A stretch of DNA of 64,000 nucleotides, from positions 82,289,872-82,353,871 of the forward strand of contig NC_057711.1 of NCBI RefSeq assembly GCF_004010195.1, read 5' to 3'. The notes below the pieces were generated by a model. It saw nothing but the letters and a program-made list of their open reading frames with translations. It made no database searches and had not been told where the DNA came from. A program made the position numbers and the translations under genes. Positions 52,445-64,000 of the stretch are shown one piece after another (the first letter of the stretch is position 1; every line of letters begins with the position of its first letter). The DNA comes from Chiloscyllium plagiosum. Its lineage: Eukaryota.

Positions 52445-53999
52445 TAGGAGGTCAAGTGGAAATTAAAAACAACTAAATTGCCTTAATATCACAGACGGTC
52501 CCCTTACATGGACACAGTAACTGTTTAAGGTGAAAGCTCACCATTATTCTCTCAAGGATATTTAGGACAGGGCCATAAATGTTGGCCTAGTGATGCCCAG
52601 ATCCATGAACAAATAATAAGACAACACTCACTCAAAGTGATAGTTAGAAAAGCTCCCATTCAAAACTGGCACATTTCCAGTGGTTATCTATTGCACAATA
52701 AAAACAAGCACACCTCTGTGAACATCTGACAATTTCTAATCTTTTAATAGCTTCTTTCAAGTGTCAAATTGAAGTCCAAACCCCTGTAGAGATAACTTGC
52801 TTTTGAAACTCAACCATTTACAATAATATAATAGCAGTATGTAGGGAAATGTCATCAAAAATTGCACCTATCAGAAGATGGGAGGGAAGCTAGTGAGTTC
52901 TCGACAATTGGTCCATGCCTGTCATTTTTATAGATCATTGGATTCAACATCAGATATATCAATGCATCTCTGACATCATATCCTCTTCCTTTGGATTTCT
53001 GACTTTTCCAAAGTCTCCTATGCATTCCAATCAATCTTTCCTCACTGTACATTTTCTCTTCCATATCCATCTTGCCCCACTAAGCTCAAATATCCCATGA
53101 GACTGAAAGCTAATCAGCTTTGACAAAGGGTCAGTTAGACTCAAAACGTCAGCTCTTTTCTCTCCTTACAGATGCTGCCAGACCTGCTGAGATTTCCAGC
53201 ATTTTTTCTTTTGGTATCCCATGACTGTTCCCTTACACTCCTTCATTCAGAGAATACCATTTCCACTCATATTGACAATCCTAAACAAGAAGTCATAATT
53301 GTAAATACTGAATTCAGCTATTTTGAAGTAAAATCAGGGAACTCTATCATTACATGATCGGCAGGGAAATTTTAGATCTCTTTCTCTTTTACAGGTTTTG
53401 GATGTTTAGTAAACTTTTTTGAGTTAAACTTTTATATGTTTGTTATTTATGCATTTCAGACAAATCTGAGGAAATGGTAGGTAAGATTGATTTTGTTTTA
53501 CCTGCCCAGGTAAAGTTAAATTTTATGACTGCAGCTATGATGCATGGTCCCTGCTGAACTCCTCAAATTCTCTCGGAAACTAAGGACACGATGCAAAATA
53601 AAAAAAAACCTGCTGTTAACGAGACATCACACTGACTCCTCAAAACATCTGATATCTGATACAGCTCAGTATGTTTGAATACAGGGCTCCCTCAGGTCGC
53701 TTCGCTTCTTACTATTTTTTTTAAATCACTGAGGTAAAGAAAACTTAAAACAAAAACAGAAATTGCTGGAAATCATCGGGGGGGGGGGGGAGGGATCAGA
53801 GTTAACGTTTTGGTCCAGTGACCCTTCCTCGAAACGGAAAGCAAACTTATCCATCAAAATTAATGTAACACAACTTAAAGTGTGAACAAAAAGAGTGACA
53901 ATGTAGGAGTTGCTGCTTCCAAAGAAGATTGTGCCTCGCCTGTAAACATCACACAACCTTTTACTGAACGGTTTCTGTTGATCCCATGCTGTAAATCTC

Positions 54000-54690
54000 T
54001 ATGACCGCCCTGGCCCTGGCCCCGCCACACTTACCTCATTCGCTTCGCTTTGCTGCTGCTCTTTCTTCTTCTTCCTCTTCTGTCTCTTTTTCTCGTTGCT
54101 GCTGGCCCCAGGCTGGGTACCGTTATTTTTTTTGGCAGATCCTGCTCGGGAACTTTTCCCCAGCCGGTTACCGGCGCTGTGATTCCTCCCGGAGTCGGAA
54201 TCTGTACCGGACGAGTCGCCCTCCACCCGGAGCAAAGCAAAACGAGAGGCGGTGGCACGGAGCGAGGCCGAGCCCACTGCTGCCGCCATTGTCGAGCTCC
54301 ACAATTCAATAGGAACACAAGGAAACGGCCAGAGGTAAGGAGGGAGTGAAGGGGGAGGGGAACATCCAAAAGGCCACAACACACAACACCTCCCCGACGC
54401 GGCGGAGACACCTCTTGTGGCGTAGAACACAGCTGTGAGGAGGGTTGGGAGGAATAAGGCAGGGGGCGGGGCGAGGATTAGAGGGCGGGGCAGATGTCTA
54501 GGGGCGGCGCGTAAAGTTCGGGGGAGGGCGTGATGGTCCAGGGGCGGGGCGATGACGGGCTGTGGGGTGGCTTGCGTACTAGGTGCGAGGCGTGATGTCC
54601 AGGGCAGGACGTGAGGTACAGGGGCGGGGCATCAGGCCTGCGGTCAGCATGAGGTCCAGGGAGGAGCGGGTCGTGAGGGCGCAAAGGCTT
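54000..54690 (-). promoter_or_regulatory. CpG island / GC-box promoter of GKAP1
   Basis: Abrupt rise in GC and CpG content; repeated GGGCGG(GG) Sp1-type boxes at ~54463, 54483, 54501, 54541 and 54621 upstream of the ATG exon. Confidence 0.8.
54035..54289 (-). CDS. GKAP1: GKAP1 first coding exon ([23 protein letters not shown]...[21 protein letters not shown])
   Basis: ATG in context [15 protein letters not shown] and [12 protein letters not shown] are diagnostic GKAP1 motifs; donor GAG|gtaagt. Confidence 0.96.
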
Positions 54691-56019
54691 GTGGTCTGGT
54701 GTTTGGTATATGGGCATGACATGTGGCATGAGCTGAGATGGCACCTGTGGTGGTGCAGAAAGGGTACAGAGTTACATTTCAATGGGCAGCTAGATGTTTG
54801 AGCCCCTCTCACACATGCACCAGTTCAAATGGTTTACAGCTGCTTGCCTGTAGTTCACACAAAGTTAAAACACAGAACCTGTAGAGGTTTTCGCGCCTCA
54901 CACAAGCATTGGTAGTTTAGGAACTAGAGAGTCTCTGAGTTTTATTGTTCAACTGCAGCACCAGATTAGTACACCTTAGCTCAACATATAGTCACTCAGC
55001 AAAAGACTAGCTACAGAATAAGATGGTGGTTACAACTTCTGGGAAGACAAACCAGAAGAAAATCACCATCTCTATAGGGTCAGCTTGGTCATAAGAAGCA
55101 AATTGGTCAGGTGTTTCAACAAAACCCCCTGTGACATAAGTGAGCTCCTCATGACACCTGCGGCTCACCCTGTCCCAGAAGCAACACATCACAACTTTAG
55201 GAGCAATTGCTGGGAAAATGAGACAATATACCATACCTTGGGCCATCCTTGCCTGTACTGGGTGTCAGATGTATTGACAACATTTTCATTCTTTGGACTT
55301 ATGGTGAGGAATCACTGAAACAACCACACAACGATATCAACAAGTTTCGTCCCACCATCAGACTTACCCTGGACTATTCTTCAGAATCACTCTCACTCTT
55401 GAACACATGCATCTCAATCAAGGACAGACACCTCAGTACCTCATTCTACCACAAGTCCACGGATAACCTCACAATGCCACACTTCTCTAGCTTCCACCTA
55501 TACATGTTAAAGAAGACATTCCCTACGAACAAATCCTGTGCAAATGCAGAATCTGCTCAGATGAGGAGAAACCACAATGGGCACCTAAAGATTTTTAAGC
55601 ATCCGTCATAAGAACGGGATACAGTGTGCAATGCATTGATTGCCAGTTCCGATATGCCACAGTGAAAAACTGCAATGACCTCCTCAGAAGACAGGCACAG
55701 GATATGATCGATAAGAGTACCCTTCGTCATCATACTTCCTGGAGTGAAGAAACTACGCAATGTTCTTCACAGCCTTCAACATGTCATCAATGATGACAAG
55801 CATCATTCTTGCGACTTCACGTTTCGCCTTCAAATAACCGCCAAATCTTAAACAGACCATAGTTCACAACAAACTACCCAGCCTTCAGGACAACATCAAC
55901 CACAACTCGAAACAACCCTGCCATGGCAACCTCTGCAAGACATATCAGATCATCGACATGGATACTAGTCTCACATGTCAGAACACCACCCACCACATAC
56001 GTGGCAGATACTCGTGTGA

Positions 56020-56822
56020 GAAAGTGAGGATTGCAGATGCTGAAGATCAGAATTGAGAGTGGGTTGCTTGAAAAACACAACAGCTCAGGCAGATTCAGAG
56101 GTAGCTGAGAGTACAATAGGTAGATGAAGGTGAGTGTAATGGTGATAGGTCGGAGAGGAGGGTGGAGCGGATGATAGATAGGTAGGATAGGTCATGAGGG
56201 CGGTGCTGAGTTGGAAGGTTGGAACTGGAATAAGGTGGGGGAGGGGAACTGAGGAAACTGGTGAAATCCACATTGATGCCATGTGGTTGGAGGTTCCCAA
56301 GGTGAGGTGTTCTTCCTCCAGGCATCAGGTGGTAAGGGTATGGCGATGGGGGAGGCCCTGGAACTTCACTTGGTGGAGTGGGAGGGGGAGTTGAAGTGTT
56401 CGGCCACAGGGCAGTGGGGTTGGTTGGTGCAGCTGCTCGGAGACCTTCACTGAAGCGTTTCACCACACCCTTACCACCTGATGCCTGCAAGAAGAACGCC
56501 TCATCTCCCACCTTGGGACCCTCCAACCACATGGCATCAATGTGGATTTCGCCAGTTTCCTAATTTCCCCTCCCCCCAACATATACCAGTTCCAACCTTC
56601 CAACTCAGCACGGCCCTCATGACCTGTCCTACCTGTCCATCTTCCTTCCCACCTATCAGCTCCACCCTCTTCTTCGACCTATCATCATTATCTCCACTTC
56701 CGTCTACCTATTGAACTCTCAGCTATCTTCACCCCCCTCTCATTTATCTCTGCACCGCCTTGGCTGACAAGCCTCATTCCTGATGAAGGGCTCTTACCCG
56801 AAACTTCAATTCTCCTACTCCT
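56020..56822. mobile_element. Penelope-derived insertion with ~250-bp inverted arms and 15-bp TSD
   Basis: Arms ~56100-56350 and ~56461-56728 are reverse complements; flanked by cagatactcgtgtga (56005-19) and cagatactcatgtga (56823-37). Confidence 0.75.
56780..56807 (+). ncRNA. Minimal hammerhead-ribozyme-like core
   Basis: CTGATGA-a-GGG(ctctta)CCC-GAAA-C-TTC: both conserved boxes, stem II and an NUH triplet. Confidence 0.5.
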
Positions 56823-57837
56823 CAGATACTCATGTGACTCAGCTAATGTTGTGTATCTCATATGTTATAGGCAAGGATGCCCTAAGGCATGGTATATTGG
56901 TTAAACCATGACAACGGATTAATGGACACCGCACAACAATGGCCAGACAGGAATGTTCCCACCCAGTCAGGCTACACTTCAGCGGCCAAGGACATTCAGC
57001 CTTCAATCTTCGGGTAATGGTCCTCCAACACGACCTTCAAGATACGCAACAACACAGAATTGACAAGCACAAACTGATAGCCAAGTTTGGTACCCATGAA
57101 GACAGCTTTAACCGTGATCCTGGGTTCATGTTGTACTATATGTGACTCCACTGCACTGTTCTGTATCTGTAAAATCTTCTATACCGTCTTGTTTTGACAC
57201 CATCACCTTGATAAATTGTTGTGATCTGTCTATCTTAATTAGTTTGTACAGTTTTGGATTACTTATTACTTTGGTTAGACCCTTGGCCTGTGAGTCCTAT
57301 ACCTATTATGTCATGCCAGATATTTGGTTCACCTCCAGCACCATCTTATTTTTAATTTTTTTGTAATTATCTCTCTGCCTCATTTAGTCAGACTATAGAT
57401 CATCCCTTTGCTTGTTATTCAGCTGTTGACAATTTACTTACACCATGTGACACTCTTGATCACCTGCACAGACCTATTATTAGGTCTGTTGACACTCCAC
57501 TCACACCGTTTGTATGATCTTTTGATCTCTCTGCCCATTGATCTCTCTTCCTACAAATTCTGTGTCTGTGTGCTTCTCTCTCACTTCACCCAATGAAGGC
57601 GCAATGCTCCAAGAGCTTGTGATTTCAAACAAACCTGTTGGACTACAACTTGGTCCACCTGAATTCTGACCTTGTCCACCCCAGTCCAACACTGGCACTT
57701 CCACATTCTGAATCCTCCAAAAAGACAAGTTGATTTTCAGTGCCAGTGTGGGAATTGATGCAAATTTTGGAAAGATGTGTTAGGCAAGGAAGGTATAGGG
57801 AAAACAAATTCCAATGGAGTTCTCTTTCTAACAATGG

Positions 57838-58182
57838 AGCGGCACTGTGGCTCTGTGGTTAGTACTGCTGCCTCACAGCACCAGGGACCCCAGTTCAATT
57901 CCACCCTTGGGTAACTGTTTGTATGGAGTTTGCACATACATCCCATGTCTGCGTGGGTTTCCTCAGGGTGCTCCGGTTTCCTCCCACAGTCCAAAGATGT
58001 GCCAGTTAGGTGGATTGACCATGCTAAATTGCCCATAGTGTCCAGGGATGTGTACGGTGGATTAGCCATGGGAAATATAGGGATACAGGGATAGGGTAGA
58101 GGGGTAGCTCTGGGTGGGAGACTATTCGGAGGTTTGGTATACACTCAATGGGCTGAATGGCCGGCTGCCACAGCATAGGGAC
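57838..58182 (+). mobile_element. tRNA-derived SINE
   Basis: A/B-box head and conserved core. Confidence 0.8.
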
Positions 58183-58299
58183 TTTTTGAAATGTGTGTCT
58201 TTTATGACCTCTCTGAAAAAAACAAGTACAACATAATCTTATTAAAGGAGCAGCTTCGTCACAGTGCATTCACATTCAGAAGCTAAGCTACATTCATGG

Positions 58300-59165
58300 A
58301 CACATTCATGGCATATATGAGAGAATGGGCCTCAACTAAACATCTGGAAAACAAAGGTTCTCAGCCGGTCGAGTCCAGCTACACAACATTGGCTCTAACC
58401 ACCAAAACCACAGCGAGTCCCTAGATAATGTGAACCCATAGCTTGGGGGCCTCCTCATGACGTGAGCAGACATTGACGATGAAATTCAACATTGATTCCA
58501 ATCTGCCAGTGCAGCCATTGGAGGCCTAACAAACCAAGTGTTCAAAATCTGAGACCTCAAACCCAGCACCAAGCTCATGGTCTACAGAACAGCTGTCATC
58601 TCCACCCTCCTATATACATCAGAAACATGGACTGTGTAGAGCGAACATCTCAAATCCCTGGAGAATTATAACTAACATTGTCTTTGCAAAATTCTGCTAA
58701 TGCCACTGGCAGGTTAGATGGACCAATAAGAGTGTCCTCTCCCAGGTCAATATCCCCAGTATGGAAGCACTGGTCACACATGACCAGCTGTGATGGGTGA
58801 GCCACATTACCTACATGTCAGACAGAAGACTCCCTAAACAAATTTCTACTCTGAGCTCTGTAATGGTAAGTGATCACTAGGAGGGCAGAGGAACTGCTAC
58901 AAGAAAACCCTGAAAACCTCCCTAAACAAAGCAATGTTACATGTGGGAATTGTTTGCTCTTCAACTCAGAAACTGAAGAGAAAACATCTGCGAAGGCACC
59001 AATCTCTTTGAGCATCACTGAGTGGAGCAGGTGTGAGGGCAGGCTCCAGCAGCAGAATGAGCGCTTGGAATCCAGAGCATCAACAAACACTACCTGTCCC
59101 ACTTGTGGCAGAGTCTTCAGCTCCAGGATCAAACAAATCAACCACCACAGACACCGTCCCCATGA
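58300..59165 (+). mobile_element. RTE-clade LINE 3' fragment
   Basis: 'DDEIQH..QSASAA.G.L', 'STKLMVYRTAVISTLLYTSETWT', 'W.VRWTNKSVL' and C-terminal 'TCPTCGRVFSSRI...NH'. Confidence 0.75.
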
Positions 59166-59954
59166 CAGATATTGCAGATTTCTTTATTGGAAATTGGAAA
59201 ATTATGTCCTACTATACTTGAAACGTTTTAGGATCAGCTGTAGAAAATAAATGCATAGTCATTGTGATCTTACAGTCTCCTTTGCACCCTTGAGGAATTG
59301 GAGGAGGAAATGCAATCAGAGTAGCCCTTGTTGCTAAAATAGACAGGGTGAGGAATGCAAGGATAGCTCTTAGCAACAGGTTCAATGTATCCAGGATCAT
59401 CAGGCAGTAGCGCTACATTTGCATGACCCAAGACCAGTGAATGAGAATGCTGCACTTGATCAAGGTGATGATGACAAAGATCTATGATCTAATTGAAGAC
59501 CTAGATATCGCAGCACAGTCATGAATGCTTTATCCCTTAACAAACATTCCAGATTGTTACAAGTCAGAACTCAGAGGATGTATATCTGCATTAGGAATGC
59601 CAGTGAGGTTCTATACACTCTGAGAAACGATTATATAGTATCCCTTCTTGTTGGGAAAAACACAGCCACAAGCTTCATGATTCTCCATAAAGCAGGGAGC
59701 CATTGAGAATAAATGTGAGGAAATGAGAAATCCTCTTTAAGGGTTTAATTAAAGGTTGTATATATGAATATAAAAATTAGGAGCAAGAGTAGAACAGGTA
59801 ACCTCTTAAGCCTGCTTTTCCATTCAAAAAGATCATGCTTGATCTGATTACAACACATTCATCCAATAACCTCAATTCCTTGTTAATCAAGCCTTAAAAT
59901 TATTTAAGCATTCTGTATCCATCACCTTTTCAGGAAGAAAATTCCAAAACTTCA

Positions 59955-60895
59955 TGACTGATAGCATTGTTGCTAAGTTTGCAGATTACATAAAGATACG
60001 TGGAGAGGCAGGTAGTGTTGAGGAAGCAGAGAGGCTACAGATGGACTTGGACAGGCTAGGAGAGTGGGCAAAGAAGTGGCATGGAATGGAATGGAATGCA
60101 ATGTGGGAAAGTATGAGGCTTTGCACTTTAGCAGGAAGAATAGAGGCAAAGACTATTTTCTAAACAGGGAAGGACAAACAGATTTTGGAAGGACAAACAA
60201 ATCTGATGCACAAACAGATTTTTGAGCCCTGGTTCAGGATTCTCTTAAGATTAACATACATGTTCAGTTAGCAGTTAGGAAGGCAAATGGAGTGTTAGCA
60301 TCCATTTCAGGAGGGCTAGAATAAAAGAGCAGAAATATACAGCTGAGGCTGTATATGGCTCTAATCAGACCATGCTTAGAGTGAGCAGTTTTGGGCCCTG
60401 GATCTAAGGAAGGATATGCTGGTGTTGGACGAAGTCCAGAGGAGGTTTACAAGAATGATCCTGGGGATGAAGGACATGTCATGTAAGGAGTATAGGACTC
60501 TCTATCCTAGAAAAAGGAGGGAGATCTGACTGGAACTAACAGAATACTGAGAGGCCTGGAGAGTGTGAATGTGGAGAAGATGTTTCCACTAGTGGGAGAG
60601 ATTAGGACCTGATGGCAGAGCTTCAGAGTGAATTGACGACCCTTCAGAACTGTGATAAGGAGAAACATCTTAAGGCAGCAGGTGGTGAATCTGTGAAATT
60701 CGTTGCTACAGAAGGCTGTGGAAGGCAAGTCATTGTGTGTTTTAATACAGAGATTCTTGATTAGAAAGGGGATCAAGGGTTATGGGACGAAGGCAGGAGA
60801 ATGAGGTTGAGAAACATATTGGCCATGATCAAATGGTGGAGCAGACTCGATGAGCTGAATAGACTAATTGTACTTATATGTCTTATGGTCTTATG
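59955..60895 (+). mobile_element. CR1 LINE 3' fragment
   Basis: 'AKFADYIKI..EEAERLQMDLDRLGEWAKKW' and a CR1 tail. Confidence 0.8.
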
Positions 60896-62957
60896 ACCCT
60901 CTGTGATAAGAAAAATATTTTCATCTCTGTCATTAAATGGCAAACACATTCTTAAAGAGTGGCCCTTAGTTCTAGATTCTCCCACAAGAGGAACTATTTT
61001 TTTCCCATCCACCCTGTCAAGACCCCTCAAGGATATCTCAATGAAGTAATCCCTTACTCCTGTAATCTCCAGTGGTTACAAGGCAAGCTTTGACAAAAGG
61101 TCAGTTAGACTCGAAACGTCAGCTCTTTTCTCTCCTTACAGATGCTGCCAGATCTGCTGAGATTTTCCAGCACTTTCTCTTTTGGTTTTTAACTTGTCTA
61201 ACCATTTCTCTCCATCCATTCCAGGCATTTCTAGGATGATACTTATGTCTTGTATAAGTGAAGATGTATGCAAGATGCAAAAATGTGTTCATCTGCCTTC
61301 TCCTTATTTTTTATTATTAATTTCACAATATCTCTTTCTATTGGACCAATGCTTTGTTAATCTCTTCTTTACTAAAAAAATACCTATAGAAACTCTTAAC
61401 TATCTGTTTTTATATTTGTGGCTAGCTTTCTCTCATACTGTAATCTTTTTCATTTTTTTTTAGCTGATATGGTCCTAATGGAAAGCATCATGCAGATGAA
61501 TAGCTGCTATCTAGAGATCTGTCAGAATTCTTTGATAGTGAGACAGACATCCATCCCATGGAACCTTGAGCTCCAAAGCAATGTACATGGCTGGCTACGA
61601 GGTGACAAGAGATACTCTCTGAGCAATGGCTCATGACTCCGGAGAGAAAGCTTCAGCATGCATACCAGCTGAGCACTGATACAATGAGTGGAATATAATT
61701 GAGCAAACTGCTGTGTTCCTCAGAGTTTTCAATACTTTAACTGGACAAGAAGGGCCTATTTTCGACCAAAATTATCTCCAAGTTCACGATTATTTGTTCT
61801 CCAATCTGATGTTCATGAGAGACCAATGAGTACTTTAAATGCTGTTATTTGCTCACTAATGCATTAACTGTTCTGATAGTCACTAGACTCAAAATGTTAA
61901 TGCTGCTTTCTCCCCACAGATGCTGTCCGTCCTGCTCTGTTTTGCCAGTAATTTCTGCTCTTGTTTCAGATCTCCAGCATCCACAGTAATTTGTTTATAT
62001 TTCTATGTTGTTGAAAGGTTTGCTATCTTTGGTATCGGAATGACAGACAAACGTTTGTTTTATAAGAGACTAAGCATTTGAAGGGATTTAAAAATATTGA
62101 ATGAGTTTTCATGAACACATTAGTTCTAATATATTGAAGTCTGCAAGAGATAATTAGAGTTTATTTTAATTTAAATTCAGTAAACTTCATTGGAATAAGG
62201 GCTAAATGGGGTTGTAGGGATTAATGAGGTGCATGAGCATTAAACAATCAGTGAGAGCAGTAAAAACCCACCATCAGCTAAAGGGATAAATTTAAATTGA
62301 GTACCTATATAAAAAGGTAATTACCAGACACCTACAGCAGATTCAATACATTAGGGGAAAGGACAGAAACTTTTTGTCTTCAGCAAAAACCTAGGGTTGA
62401 GGATCACAGTTAAGACCTATAACAGTGGGGTAACAACTTTCTGAACTATTTATTCAGCAGTAAAGCTAACAACAGCAAGTTACGCTAATTCATCAGTGTA
62501 CACTTAAAGATCTACAATTAAGAAAGATAAAAATTGGAATTAAAATTGTTATTGCAATTCCAAGTGTCAAAGCACTAACAGCACAGTTAGTGAAATCTAT
62601 TATTTCAATAATTCGACCAACAAATTCAAACGTTTGATTGTCAACTACCAATTTTTGAGTTTATCCATTTAAAATATAAAAATATGAAAAATAAAGAAAA
62701 AGTGCAAATCTGGTCACCTGGTGTCAAATTTGGGATGAAAACAATAAAACTCAGTGAAAATGACATCACAACAGACAGTTTTGATACTGTCCAAAAATCA
62801 CTGAACCTTTTCAGAGAAGCCATTTTACTAAAGTTTTACCCAGAGATCTTTCAAAATACTTCAGTTATTTTGGAAAAGGAATATCTTTATGCATCTCTAT
62901 GAAGAAAGACATACCAGTAAAATGAAAATCAAATTTTAAACTGACAATAGCATTTAA

Positions 62958-63730
62958 AGTCATAGAGTTGTAATGCATAGAAAGACCCTTCAGTCCAACC
63001 CGTCCATGCGAACCAGATATCCTAAATTAATCTAGTCCTATTTGCCAGCATTTGGCCCATATCCCTCTAAACACTTCCTATATGTACCCATCCAGATGTC
63101 TTTTAAGTGTTGTAATTCTACCAGCCTCCAACACTTCCTCTGGCAGGTCATTCCATACAGAAAACACCTTCTGCATGAATAAGTTGCCCCTTTGGTCCGT
63201 TTTAAATTTTTCCCCTCTCACCTTAAACCTATGCCCTCTAGTTTTAGACTCCCCTACCTTTGGAAAAGACCTTGTCTATTTACCCTATCCATGCCCCTCA
63301 TGATTTTATAACCCTCTATAAGGTCACCCCTCAGCTTCCGACACTCCAGGGAAAATAGCCCTAGCCTATTCAGCCTCTCCCTATAGTTCAAACCTTCCAA
63401 CCCTGGCAATATCCTTGTAAATCTTGTCTTCAGTCTTTCAAGTTTAATGATATTTTTCCAATAGCAGAGAGACCAGAATTGAACTTAGTATTCCAAAAGT
63501 TGCCTAACCAATGTCCCGTGCAGCCACAACATAACATCCTAACTCCTATTCTCAATGCAGTGACCAATAAAGTCCAGTGTACTAAATGCTTTCTTCACTA
63601 CCCTGTCTCCGGGGATTCCACCTTCAAGGATCTGTGAACCTACATCTAAAGGTCTCCTTATTTGGCAACACTCCTCAGAAACTTAGCACTAAGTCTATAA
63701 GTCCTGTCCTGATTTGCCCTATCAAAATGC
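62958..63730 (-). mobile_element. CR1 LINE 3' fragment
   Basis: Same family as 41438-42176 and 4672-5400. Confidence 0.85.
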
Positions 63731-64000
63731 AACACCCCACATTAATCTAAATTACTCTTATGTCACATGCCAAGGGTCTAACAAAAGTAATAAATCATCC
63801 AACACTGTACAAACTAATAAAGATGGAGAGATCATAACAATTTATCAAAGTAATGATCAACACTGGACAGAAAGGAAGATTTTACAGATACAGAACAGTG
63901 TGGTGGAGTCACATATAGCACAAAATGAACCCAAGATAGGTTTAGGGTGAGAGGGGAAAGATATAAAAGAGACATAAGGGGCAACTTTTTCACGCAGAGG

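Larger units (their letters stand above)
55240..57720 (+). mobile_element. Degraded Penelope-like element (RT C-part plus GIY-YIG), interrupted by an inverted-repeat insertion
   Basis: 'RCIDNIFILW' (YIDD-like) and 'FYHKSTD'; GIY-YIG-like 'NVVYLICY..CP.AWYIG*T..RINGHR'. Confidence 0.75.

Noticed and set aside
53999..54812. Multiple overlapping ORFs around the promoter
   Set aside because: Expected by-product of stop-poor GC-rich sequence; only the GKAP1 frame has homology.
62684..62902. 72-aa plus-strand ORF as an exon of a neighbouring gene (e.g. syntenic KIF27)
   Set aside because: No recognisable homology or convincing splice sites; AT-rich context.

Overview
Vertebrate genomic DNA, most likely a cartilaginous fish (shark-type tRNA-derived SINEs, CR1 LINEs and Penelope-derived palindromic repeats). 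The only host gene I can support is GKAP1 (G-kinase anchoring protein 1) on the minus strand. Ten coding exons were traced by hand from the ATG at 54289 in a CpG island down to 1210, with consistent phases and a 23-nt micro-exon. The last exon is uncertain. The ~34-kb intron after the ATG exon (20076-54034) is packed with nested retroelements. (1) A non-autonomous LTR element (20288-24038, minus strand; paired LTRs, tRNA-Ser-like PBS, PPT, 4-bp TSD) has no recognisable gag/pol but carries an intronless, internally deleted copy of the host RBPMS2/Hermes mRNA and a tandem array of B-box-like motifs. (2) A degraded endogenous retrovirus (37593-44841) has gag-pro-RT-tether-RNaseH-IN and an env-like remnant. 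It sits inside one CR1 and is interrupted by another. (3) An L1-clade LINE with a perfect 15-bp TSD lacks its endonuclease domain. There are also many CR1, RTE, Penelope, SINE and Tigger-like fragments, and several Penelope-derived repeats carry hammerhead-ribozyme-like cores. All family assignments come from remembered motifs; no database search was run.
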